A stretch of DNA of 64,000 nt from a virus. Made by a program: the position numbers and the translations under genes. Of this stretch, positions 35,595 to 44,434 are shown piece after piece. The stretch lies in the IMG/VR virus record IMGVR_UViG_3300002144_000477, positions 106,894 through 170,893 of that record; one strand, given 5' to 3'. The first letter of the stretch is position 1. Each line of letters begins with the position of its first letter. Under the pieces are notes generated by a model, which did no database searches, was not told where the DNA came from, and worked only from the letters and a program-made list of their open reading frames with translations.

Positions 35595-35983
35595 GTTTTA
35601 ATCTCCGTGATTAACAACGGGCCATACATAGTTGTTTCGCACTCCTCGAATGACCAGCCTGCTTCCTCGAATGCCGCAAACCCGTCGTTGTCCCACATTT
35701 CATCTACTTCTGCAAGCAATAATTGATCACCGTCTGTATTAAAATCCAGTGAAATGCCATCATCCATTTCTTGGTCTTGGATAGCGTAGTCGTCTAGATC
35801 GAATCCAAACTCATTGGTTGAATTATATTCAACGTCGAACTCTTGATCGTCTTCAACTTCGATGATCGCATGTCCCCGCCGCCAAAGTTGATCTACATAA
35901 AAAATGCGACCGTCAGGGTGTGTCCATGTTTCGACTTGCTTAATACTTTTTTTATCTTTAGGTTCAATTTTGTATAATTTCAT
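35591..35983 (-). CDS. acidic hypothetical protein
   Basis: ATGA-coupled to folE. Confidence 0.7.
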   Translation of the reverse strand: MKLYKIEPKDKKSIKQVETWTHPDGRIFYVDQLWRRGHAIIEVEDDQEFDVEYNSTNEFGFDLDDYAIQDQEMDDGISLDFNTDGDQLLLAEVDEMWDNDGFAAFEEAGWSFEECETTMYGPLLITEIKT

Positions 35984-36666
35984 CGTGGTGCAAACTCTTG
36001 TTGTAGTTTGATGTTGTCAAAGAACTCTTTCTTTGTATTGCCGTCTGTATTAAATGCCCCTTTTAGTACAGTAGTCTGTGTTAACGAACTATGCGCCATA
36101 ATGCCACGATTTTCACAACAACCATGTGTTGCTTGAATGTAGACTGCTACGTTTTCACTGTCGGTTGCCTTCATAATCTCACGAGCAATGTCGTTACAAA
36201 GTTCTTCTTGTAGTGTGCCGCGACGAGCACACCACTGTGCAATACGTGTATACTTCGAAAGGCCGATTAGTTTTTCTGCCGCAATAATGCCAATATAAGC
36301 AACCCCAGTAACGGGTTGGTGATGATGACTACACATACTACGAAGTTCACTGCGAACCACGAGCATGCCTTCGTAACGGTCTGCCGAATCATTTGGAAAT
36401 GCTGTTGCGTCTGGTGCTGGTTCATATCTTCCTGCCATTATTTCGTTAAAGTACATTTTAGCAAGACGTCTTGCAGTGCCTTGACTGTTAGGATCATTGT
36501 AACGATCAATTACTAGTGCATCTAGTACACTGTTAAATGCTAATGTAGCTTCGTCAATAAGTTGTTCTTTATCGCCTTCTTGTAATACTGTACTGATGTT
36601 ATCACCAGCCCAGTGACGAATGCCATATTTTTCTAGTTTTGTTTTAATTTCTTGTGCTTTACTCAT
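35980..36666 (-). CDS. folE: GTP cyclohydrolase I
   Basis: SMCSHH, GLSKYTR, LQE, HGCCENRG. Confidence 0.95.
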   Translation of the reverse strand: MSKAQEIKTKLEKYGIRHWAGDNISTVLQEGDKEQLIDEATLAFNSVLDALVIDRYNDPNSQGTARRLAKMYFNEIMAGRYEPAPDATAFPNDSADRYEGMLVVRSELRSMCSHHHQPVTGVAYIGIIAAEKLIGLSKYTRIAQWCARRGTLQEELCNDIAREIMKATDSENVAVYIQATHGCCENRGIMAHSSLTQTTVLKGAFNTDGNTKKEFFDNIKLQQEFAPR

Positions 36667-36672
36667 TTATAT

Positions 36673-36700
36673 CTCCGATGTTAAGGCAGTGGATTGCCGT
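36673..36700 (-). ncRNA. candidate minimal pseudoknot/riboswitch in folE leader
   Basis: GGCA-AUCCAC-UGCC-UUAACAUC-GGAG; loop UCC is complementary to SD GGA. Confidence 0.4.
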
Positions 36701-36707
36701 ATTGTTT

Positions 36708-36736
36708 ATTATACAATCAACTAAGTCGATTGTCAA
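36708..36736 (-). promoter_or_regulatory. sigma70 consensus promoter TTGACA-N17-TATAAT for folE
   Basis: Perfect consensus. Confidence 0.88.
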
Positions 36737-36752
36737 TTCTATTTAGACAGCA

Positions 36753-37337
36753 TCAGCTATCAATCCAAATAAGTTCTTTCCCATTTGGGTATGTTTTATA
36801 TTCAGGAATAGGATTCACATAGGGTAGTTTATCTAGACCCAACTTAGCTAGTTCAGGTGTGGGCCGCATGTGGTACGCAATTTTAGGGATAGGATGATTC
36901 TGCCAGGGATTAACTGATAAATCTCTTCCGTCATACCGTTGCTTAATAACAGTACTATAAAACTGTTCGTCGTCGGTTAGTATAGCGCCACCCCAACCAA
37001 GCTCAAGGGGCTTACCGAATCCAAAACTTAAACATTGTAGGGTCCCGGCACGATACATGTTAGGTGCAAGTAGCCTAGCACTATCCCATATCCTGGTATT
37101 GTTAAATTGATATTCACCGACCCATTCGTCGTCAGTTAACTCGTATACAATGCCTAGACGATGCATTAGTTGGTGTATGCTAAGGTAGGTATACTTAGAA
37201 TAACTAGTCATACTAACTCCGTCGTAGCGCAAACACAACTCTAGTGCATTAGTGCAACAATCAGTCATAATTGCATACGGAGCACCAGTATGCTTTGCGA
37301 GAGTGTCTTCAAACGCTTTAATTAATTCAAATGCCAT
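36753..37337 (-). CDS. short DegT-like PLP enzyme
   Basis: CCTNALEL, WDSA, CLSFGFGKPL, GGAILTDD; about 194 aa. Confidence 0.7.
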   Translation of the reverse strand: MAFELIKAFEDTLAKHTGAPYAIMTDCCTNALELCLRYDGVSMTSYSKYTYLSIHQLMHRLGIVYELTDDEWVGEYQFNNTRIWDSARLLAPNMYRAGTLQCLSFGFGKPLELGWGGAILTDDEQFYSTVIKQRYDGRDLSVNPWQNHPIPKIAYHMRPTPELAKLGLDKLPYVNPIPEYKTYPNGKELIWIDS

Positions 37338-38313
37338 TTTGTACAGATTCTTCTGCAGAGATGTTATACCAATCCCACGCACTTGAAACAATTTGATCAA
37401 CTGAGCTGTGCATTGGCATCCAACCTAACATTTTCATTGCTTTGCTACTGTCTGCAATTAGTAAGTCGGGGTCGCCTTCTCTACGTGGGCCGGCTTTGAT
37501 GTTAACTGGCCCAATGTTGTTAACTACATAATCAATGATTTGTTGATTACTAATACCGGTATTAGTACCTAAGTTAAACGCCTCTGCACCATTTGCACTA
37601 TACTTAGTAGTGGCAAGTAAGTATGCACTAGCAATATCGTTGACGCTAATGTAGTCGCGAATACAAGTCCCGTCCGGCGTATTGTAATCGTTGCCGTTTA
37701 ATGTGAAGACACTGTCTTTTATTTTTGATTCTAGGATTCTAGCAATGATATGGGTAGCACCATGCGCTTGTCCTAAATCCTTACTAGCGCCTGCCGCATT
37801 AAAATACCTAAAGCTAATACTATTCAATCCGTATGCACTATAATAGTCTTGCAAAATGCGTTCAATTATAGCCTTAGTTGATCCATATGGACTCATTGGG
37901 TTAATAGGCGAGTCTTCTGTAATAGGAGTTACTTTAGGATTTCCGTATACACTTGCGCTACTACTAAACATAAATGTCGGCAGTTGCCCTTTACATTGCT
38001 CAACGATAGCACGTAAGAAGTTGATGGTTCCACGTACATTATTAGTATAGTATTCGTCGGGATTCATGACACTCGGACCTACTAAACTAGTACCCGCACA
38101 ATGCACAACAACATCTGGTTTTACCTGTGCTATGTATTTGGACACTAATGTATAATCACCGTAGTCTGCCTTCAATATCTCATCATGGTATTGCCTTGCA
38201 TTGGTGTTAGTAGTTTCGCGGTCGATGCCATACACTTTCCAACTAATGCTATTAAATGCTTTAGCAATATTGCTACCAATGTAGCCGTTGCTTCCGGTGA
38301 TTAGTACGTTCAT
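37327..38313 (-). CDS. galE: UDP-glucose 4-epimerase-like
   Basis: ITGSNGYIGS, FSSSASVYG, YGSTK, RYFNAAGA, DGTCIRDY, RREGD. Confidence 0.88.
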   Translation of the reverse strand: MNVLITGSNGYIGSNIAKAFNSISWKVYGIDRETTNTNARQYHDEILKADYGDYTLVSKYIAQVKPDVVVHCAGTSLVGPSVMNPDEYYTNNVRGTINFLRAIVEQCKGQLPTFMFSSSASVYGNPKVTPITEDSPINPMSPYGSTKAIIERILQDYYSAYGLNSISFRYFNAAGASKDLGQAHGATHIIARILESKIKDSVFTLNGNDYNTPDGTCIRDYISVNDIASAYLLATTKYSANGAEAFNLGTNTGISNQQIIDYVVNNIGPVNIKAGPRREGDPDLLIADSSKAMKMLGWMPMHSSVDQIVSSAWDWYNISAEESVQNGI

Positions 38314-38315
38314 AA

Positions 38316-39491
38316 TTAGTATTTCTCTTCTGACACAAAGTCTCTATATCGATTACCTGCACGATTCCACTGCTCGCCGTTGCCTTGCATAATATCAACC
38401 ATACGGTTAATAGTACCATCGGTCCAGTTACTAATTTTGCCTATGTTGGCATGAGGCTCGCTCAACAACTTTTCTAGTTTCGTTTCTGCATCTGACAGGC
38501 TCCATGGAATATAAAGTCGTTCTGCGTCATTTGCAAAAGTTTCCGGGAAACTGCGGTACGCAGGATATAACACGTTACAGCCAAGGGTGTCTGCTTCACT
38601 TACCGTATTTGACACCCAGTCTTGTAATGCACAGTTAAACAACACCTTACTATCGTTGACGATATTATAGTAATCATTTTTTTGCAAGTCTTTATATATC
38701 TTTAACTTACCGTCGGCTTCCATCTTTAAAGCACGGTCCAAGTACTTTTGATTATTACTGCGTAACGGGCCACCACTTAGCACTGCAAATTCAACATCTG
38801 GACGAGCTTGCTTGAATCGTTCTATTAGATCCATAAAAAAGTCTGGTTGCTTTTCTTGATCAAACCGTGCGGCAAATACAACCCTATCGCTACGTTGATC
38901 CCACGGCTTAATCTTATTATCAACCCGACCTCGGACTTCTTCTTTACTAAAGCTCAGACCGCTAATGTTGTAAATCGGAGCAGTCCAGTTTGCAATTTTC
39001 ATATGTGCTACCATTTCTTCGTTAGTAGCAAGAATATTAACATTAGGAATTTCGTTGCACATTTGCTCGTACAAACTCATCCACTTGCCCATACCCCATA
39101 CGTGAACAAAGTCGTCGGGATCGACTGCTTGTGCTAGACATCGCAAGTAAATAGTTGGGCGTTGTTCTTCGGGAATCTGGCACATGATGTACGGCAAAGA
39201 TTCGATTCCCGGTTGAAACATATCCTCGAAGAATACCACATCGCCACCGCCGCATTCGCCGCTTCGCATCATCTGCACTAAATTCATTAACTGACTCATA
39301 CCAAAGTAGCTACGTCCGTGTGCATCTAATACTTGACCGACACTAATTGCCTTAGTGTTGTCGATAGTGCTTCCGGGCACTACAACATAGTCGATTCCGC
39401 GTTGCTTAAACACACGCTCGCTCCACTCTTGTAGTTGCAAAGTGTATCGACCTTCGTACGGCTCAAGGCCCATATAAAAAAGTTTTTTCAT
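38316..39491 (-). CDS. GT-B (GT4-like) glycosyltransferase
   Basis: FAARFDQEKQP, EA..LGC..LYP..RSFPE C-terminal GT-B motif. Confidence 0.75.
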   Translation of the reverse strand: MKKLFYMGLEPYEGRYTLQLQEWSERVFKQRGIDYVVVPGSTIDNTKAISVGQVLDAHGRSYFGMSQLMNLVQMMRSGECGGGDVVFFEDMFQPGIESLPYIMCQIPEEQRPTIYLRCLAQAVDPDDFVHVWGMGKWMSLYEQMCNEIPNVNILATNEEMVAHMKIANWTAPIYNISGLSFSKEEVRGRVDNKIKPWDQRSDRVVFAARFDQEKQPDFFMDLIERFKQARPDVEFAVLSGGPLRSNNQKYLDRALKMEADGKLKIYKDLQKNDYYNIVNDSKVLFNCALQDWVSNTVSEADTLGCNVLYPAYRSFPETFANDAERLYIPWSLSDAETKLEKLLSEPHANIGKISNWTDGTINRMVDIMQGNGEQWNRAGNRYRDFVSEEKY

Positions 39492-39751
39492 TATTGTGAT
39501 TTCCTAACGTTGCTATTGTGGTTTTTAGTAGCGTATCTAAAATTAGCAGATTTTTTTCGGGCGGGATCAAACGGTGGACGTTGGAACCAGTGATTGCGAA
39601 TTTGCCGACCTTCTTTCATTGCGGTATAATCTTGGTAGTGGGGGCTACGCATGTTATACAGATCTTTTTCTCTAAACGGACGGCCAAACTCAACACAGAA
39701 CTCTTGATATTCTTCGAGATCTTTAAAAATTTGTGCAACTTGGGGTTTCAT
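39491..39751 (-). CDS. hypothetical protein
   Basis: AGGA SD, TAATG coupling. Confidence 0.7.
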   Translation of the reverse strand: MKPQVAQIFKDLEEYQEFCVEFGRPFREKDLYNMRSPHYQDYTAMKEGRQIRNHWFQRPPFDPARKKSANFRYATKNHNSNVRKSQ

Positions 39752-39800
39752 AAATCATTTTCCTGTTACAGAGATTAATATACAAAGTTATTTAGATTTA

Positions 39801-40247
39801 TTATACTACCGCGTAAACATTTTCGCAACCATTTTCGTTGTCTTCGCTTACACTAATTTTTACAACACGGCCCGGATACTTTGTTGCAATTTTACGATAC
39901 AAATCGTCTGCAATCATTTCGCAGGACTTGTGATTCAAATTAAGCACCGAAGTACCACCGTCGAGCTGTTGATATAGTCTTTCCATCCATCGCTTGAACT
40001 GGATGAATTCGATGTCTCTATCGTTGTGGAACACTTCGATACACACCCGGAAATGAAAGATATGGCGGTGAGGAATACCAAGGAACGAAACGTCGTCCCA
40101 GCCGCCTGTTGCCAGTTTTGGATCACTGTCTGCTCCTGGATACATATGTACACCTTCTTTTTGAAAGGTAACCCAGATCATTTTTGATGCTTTGTTGATT
40201 GATTGATCAATAGCAGTTCGTTCGGAATTAGTTATTGGATGCGTCAT
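39801..40247 (-). CDS. second QueD/PTPS-like T-fold protein
   Basis: HRHIFHFRV, DIEFIQFKR, SCEMIA, VSEDNENG parallel QueD motifs; start corrected. Confidence 0.6.
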   Translation of the reverse strand: MTHPITNSERTAIDQSINKASKMIWVTFQKEGVHMYPGADSDPKLATGGWDDVSFLGIPHRHIFHFRVCIEVFHNDRDIEFIQFKRWMERLYQQLDGGTSVLNLNHKSCEMIADDLYRKIATKYPGRVVKISVSEDNENGCENVYAVV

Positions 40248-40785
40248 TATTTGGTATGCTCGTTGTTCGTGGTTGAAGTTTGGCCATTTTATCTCTGCCG
40301 TAGTCGTGCCAGCTAGTGTACGACTCCTTAGTGCGCAAGTCGTGCAACGTGTGAACCCACACGCCACCATTTACTCCGCCGACACCGACGTCGTCTAGTT
40401 TTAAACAAGCGTTGTAACCTGCTTGTTGAATAGATGGAAGCTCAATACTTAACATCATAATAAAGTTTGGGTGTTTAACTAATGAAGTTTCCATTAGGTC
40501 GTTATATTGACTTAATGGTATGTCTAGTGTACACTGAAATCCTTGATGCAAAAACACCGTAATAGTATTAACCCACTTATTCCATTCCGCGGCACTTAAT
40601 TTCTCCTTAGGGAAACTTTTATTAGCACCAAAATAAAGATGTGTGCAAAACTCCGGTCGAATCTTGCTGATAGTAACAGGATTAATCCATTTTGCAAGAA
40701 ACAGCGTTTGCTTACCTTTTGCAGGAGTGTTTTCGATTTCTCTGCCGATCATGTAGTCGGCATCTTCGCGAGTAATTTTAGTCAA
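40228..40785 (-). CDS. hypothetical phage protein
   Basis: GREIENTPA, HLYFGAN, LKLDD, GVWVH; has own promoter. Confidence 0.7.
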   Translation of the reverse strand: MTKITREDADYMIGREIENTPAKGKQTLFLAKWINPVTISKIRPEFCTHLYFGANKSFPKEKLSAAEWNKWVNTITVFLHQGFQCTLDIPLSQYNDLMETSLVKHPNFIMMLSIELPSIQQAGYNACLKLDDVGVGGVNGGVWVHTLHDLRTKESYTSWHDYGRDKMAKLQPRTTSIPNNDASNN

Positions 40786-40821
40786 TGTAAAGCCTTGATG
40801 TTTAAATGGTTCTATACAGTA

Positions 40822-40850
40822 AGTATACTATATTTTATAAGTGTGGTCAA
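40822..40850 (-). promoter_or_regulatory. sigma70-type promoter TTGACC-N17-TATACT
   Basis: Heads the hypothetical-queD2-GT-galE-degT gene run. Confidence 0.7.
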
Positions 40851-40858
40851 TGACTTTA

Positions 40859-41053
40859 TTAACCATTATGTCCTAGGTTCGATTCGAGTCGTCGAATTTC
40901 GTTTTTAACTTGTAGTTTTTTCTGCTTTAGCGCACCAGCTCTTGCAATATCTTCTGGGATGTGGGATTTGTTGAGTTGATCTACTTCGTCATTAAGTACT
41001 TTGTGTGCTTGCTTTAAGCTCTCTAAGTGTGCTGTAGTTTTGGTATTATTCAT
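40859..41053 (-). CDS. YdcH/DUF465-like coiled-coil protein
   Basis: H..L...V...LKQKKLQVKNEI. Confidence 0.65.
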   Translation of the reverse strand: MNNTKTTAHLESLKQAHKVLNDEVDQLNKSHIPEDIARAGALKQKKLQVKNEIRRLESNLGHNG

Positions 41054-41055
41054 TG

Positions 41056-42591
41056 TTATGCTTCCTCAAAAAGTGAATTGAACATAGTGTTCGCGTTTTT
41101 AGTTTTCTTACCTTTGAATCCGCGAGTACCAATAATGTCCATCCAGTAATCATCATATTGTTCAATGATTGCTAGACTTTCTTCTTTAGTAGGTGCGGCA
41201 AAGATAGTTTCTACAATATCTTCAAAAAATGCAAAGTCGCCATTACTGTATCGCATCATTGCAGGATGCTCGCCTGCATCGAATCGTCGATTGGCTTCTT
41301 GCACAGCGGTTAAGTGCATCCATACATTATGGCCCATTAGCAATGCGTAACTAAAACTATCCCAGGAAGTTTTGCCCCACTTACCGTTCTTGTTTAAGTC
41401 TGGCATTACGTCGTAGTTTTCTTCAATTAACCTATTTTCAAGAGTATCAGCAACTCCGGCTTTCAGTACACCCGGTTTGTAGATACAGATGTCTTTCATT
41501 GTTAACATATCGCTAATAGGGCTGTCTTCCCAACGTGGGTAAATGCCATCAGCAACAACACCGTCTGCCCACTTGCGTGTATCTAGTGCATACTTCTTGT
41601 CGTCTGCACTTGGAGCCATCCTATATGACCACTTACCATCTTGTGGGAACGCATTTTCAAAATACACTTGTCCGTTTGCAGTGGCAAGGAATGGGCTAGC
41701 ACAATCAAAAGAGATAGTAAACGCAGGATTTACATACTTGCGTATTGCTCTTTGGATCACGGTGAGTAGTACTGCCCATTCCAACTTACTTGTTCCTAGG
41801 AAGTGCATCCAGTCATGAACACCTTCTTGCAACAAATTATCGTAGCGCAATGCAACCAAACGCTTGAGTACCAAGTGTACATCACACATGTTCTGACCGC
41901 CCATTGACCAACCATCGAAGTGCGTGTCTGGGTATACAGCAGGATCACAAAATGATTTCATTTCCTGGTACCATGCTTCGGCACTTGAATGATTGTCGCC
42001 TTGTAACACGTTTAAGTACTTGGCACCGCCATTCTTTTTACCTTTGCGGTTAGCCATAAAGTATTCGTTGTTGTACTTGGTGGCGTCAACTGCTTCTTGC
42101 AATGTTTTGATCCCACACTTGTCACTGGCGTTTTTGTCGTGTATAACCCAAGTTGGAATATCAAGAATCATGCCATAGTCGGCAATGTTATCTAACCATG
42201 TCAATATTTGACTGCGTTTCTTTTGTGCTTTAGGGCACCCTGAATTAGCCTTCCAATCGCCTTCCCACAAGCCTTTGGCAATCTGGAAACCGCCCGAGTC
42301 GCCTAACATAAACGTATCCTCTGCACGATTACGAACCATGTCCTCGGACCAATCTTCTTTATTGAGATCTAGATTAGCATGTCCGCCGGAATATAGACTC
42401 CACCGATATGGAAATAGCCCTTTTTGACTATTAAGCCAATTCATTTGTTCCATATCAACTAACCCTTGCGGAAATCTAGATGGGTCTACGTATTCTTCGT
42501 TACGTTGCTTGCCTACGAATGTAGCATAGAACCCGCTGATGGCTGGCAAAAATACTGCGTAGTCTTTTTGTTTTTCTGTTAAGTTATCCAT
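41056..42591 (-). CDS. TGT-fold transglycosylase (DpdA-like DNA guanine transglycosylase candidate)
   Basis: DSGGFQ, MILDIP, NVLQG, GWSMGG, HFLG, SFD motifs of the TGT family; Que gene context. Confidence 0.75.
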   Translation of the reverse strand: MDNLTEKQKDYAVFLPAISGFYATFVGKQRNEEYVDPSRFPQGLVDMEQMNWLNSQKGLFPYRWSLYSGGHANLDLNKEDWSEDMVRNRAEDTFMLGDSGGFQIAKGLWEGDWKANSGCPKAQKKRSQILTWLDNIADYGMILDIPTWVIHDKNASDKCGIKTLQEAVDATKYNNEYFMANRKGKKNGGAKYLNVLQGDNHSSAEAWYQEMKSFCDPAVYPDTHFDGWSMGGQNMCDVHLVLKRLVALRYDNLLQEGVHDWMHFLGTSKLEWAVLLTVIQRAIRKYVNPAFTISFDCASPFLATANGQVYFENAFPQDGKWSYRMAPSADDKKYALDTRKWADGVVADGIYPRWEDSPISDMLTMKDICIYKPGVLKAGVADTLENRLIEENYDVMPDLNKNGKWGKTSWDSFSYALLMGHNVWMHLTAVQEANRRFDAGEHPAMMRYSNGDFAFFEDIVETIFAAPTKEESLAIIEQYDDYWMDIIGTRGFKGKKTKNANTMFNSLFEEA

Positions 42592-43411
42592 ATTTGTATA
42601 ATGCTTCTGATGCTACTTGTTGATTTGCGAATTGTATAGACTGCATAAAGGAAATATCTTCCCATAAGTACTCTAATAGCCGTTCTTTTAAAATTATAGA
42701 GTTTTCTAGCATGTGTAGTATAACTGCATGCAGTTGAGCCTTCATTAAATTGCTTCGTGCCCGTCCTTCCCCGTCGCCGTTACTATCACTATTTAGATTA
42801 GCAACATTTTCGTGTTCTAGTGTAACTTCTGGAAAGCCGTACATGTTTAAAAAAGTATTTAGATTAGTTTCCAGGTGCTTATCAATAAAAATAAAATGGC
42901 ATTGATCTACATTGTACCCGTTTAAGAAACTTGTTTGATTATCAGTATGATCGTCAAACACAAAACGATCAAAAATTATAGACAATGCTAATTCCTGACC
43001 ATACAGCCCATTCATACCGTGTGTAAATCTGGTATCACCTATCCTGCTAATAATATCAGTGTGATACATGGTTAAGTATTCGCAGATTCCACTGATCCAC
43101 CTAGTTGCTGGATCTCTTAATAAGACTAAATGGTGTTTTTCAGCTAACGACCCTATATTGTTAATGTTATGTACTTGCCATCCAAGCCTTCCGCCTAATG
43201 CATTTTTTACACTAGTGCTGGCATTTTTGGGGATGTTAACGTAGGTACAAGTACGACCTGGATCCACAAAACATTCATTAATATCGTGCCCTTTCATTAA
43301 CCATTGACGTTCTGGTCTTCTGACTACTCGCCGGGTCTCGTCTATAATGTTGTTACGACAATTGTCTAGTATGTCGCGAGTATTATTAGAATATCTTTTA
43401 AAATCTAGCAT
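42584..43411 (-). CDS. sulfotransferase family 2 protein
   Basis: IPKNASTS (5'-PSB) and RDP..RWISG (3'-PB) motifs. Confidence 0.7.
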   Translation of the reverse strand: MLDFKRYSNNTRDILDNCRNNIIDETRRVVRRPERQWLMKGHDINECFVDPGRTCTYVNIPKNASTSVKNALGGRLGWQVHNINNIGSLAEKHHLVLLRDPATRWISGICEYLTMYHTDIISRIGDTRFTHGMNGLYGQELALSIIFDRFVFDDHTDNQTSFLNGYNVDQCHFIFIDKHLETNLNTFLNMYGFPEVTLEHENVANLNSDSNGDGEGRARSNLMKAQLHAVILHMLENSIILKERLLEYLWEDISFMQSIQFANQQVASEALYKYG

Positions 43412-43413
43412 AA

Positions 43414-44427
43414 TTATAACAACCTCTTTATAAACGACCCAATTGAAATGTGCGACATGGTGCTTACAATTCTCAGTTGGTCTAGTGCAAGTGTATATTC
43501 TGGCCCAGTTGTTGCCATAATATCCTGTTCGCTGAAATTATCAAACGTGCCCCAGTCTTCTACTTTAGTAATTTCTCCCAGAAATCCAAATTTACTACAT
43601 AAGTTAGCAAAGTTTAGTATATCGGTATGATTGCTTTTACTTAGGCAAAACATTAGTCTAACAGTAGAATGAGCAGGACGGTTATCTGCTAGCCACTGTA
43701 GGTTATCTTGCAATATACTAAACTTGCCTGGACGTCTAACTACTTCGTATACTTCTTGAGTTCCGGCATCCACACTAATTTGAAATTCACTTATGTTATG
43801 AAGTATCGGACTGTTGGGCAACAGTTTCTTAATTAGTAAACCATTGGTAAGCAATTTAATTGTTTGATTACTTTTAGGTTCCCAATTAAGCACTAGCGGA
43901 CGCATAATCAAACTAGCCAATGGGTCTCCGTTTCCGCTCATAGTTAAGTGCAACGGCTTGTCAAATTGGTTAATTAAATTAACTAAGTGTAAGACCATGG
44001 CCGATTTCTGATCGAACACCTCACCATTGCTATGAGATATCTGTTCACGCCGGCATGACGGACATGCTAAGTTGCAACTTTCATCTATGTTAATAGACAA
44101 ATAGTAAGAGGACGATTTTAGATCTTGATCTAAAATACCGCAGAGTTCGACCGCGCAATATTTGTATGTGCGATCAGTAATTGTTTTCTGTAGCTCAATT
44201 GCAGTTGAGTTATTCCAAACTTCGTTTAAGTCAGCGAAGTCTAATATATTGCCCACGCTTATTGGTAAATGCGCTTCGCACTTGCATAGAAAACAATTAC
44301 CTGATAAGTCTACAGTCAGAACAGTAAACGGGCTATCGCAATGATTTGTTATAGTGCCAGACCAATCTTGGCCACGAGGATTCGGATGCCAAGCCAGAAT
44401 CTGAGTTATGTTGTCAGGCGATAGCAT
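43414..44427 (-). CDS. radical SAM protein (twitch-like N-terminus)
   Basis: CDSPF, CNLACPSC, GNGDP, ISVDAGT. Confidence 0.8.
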   Translation of the reverse strand: MLSPDNITQILAWHPNPRGQDWSGTITNHCDSPFTVLTVDLSGNCFLCKCEAHLPISVGNILDFADLNEVWNNSTAIELQKTITDRTYKYCAVELCGILDQDLKSSSYYLSINIDESCNLACPSCRREQISHSNGEVFDQKSAMVLHLVNLINQFDKPLHLTMSGNGDPLASLIMRPLVLNWEPKSNQTIKLLTNGLLIKKLLPNSPILHNISEFQISVDAGTQEVYEVVRRPGKFSILQDNLQWLADNRPAHSTVRLMFCLSKSNHTDILNFANLCSKFGFLGEITKVEDWGTFDNFSEQDIMATTGPEYTLALDQLRIVSTMSHISIGSFIKRLL

Positions 44428-44434
44428 TCTAAGA

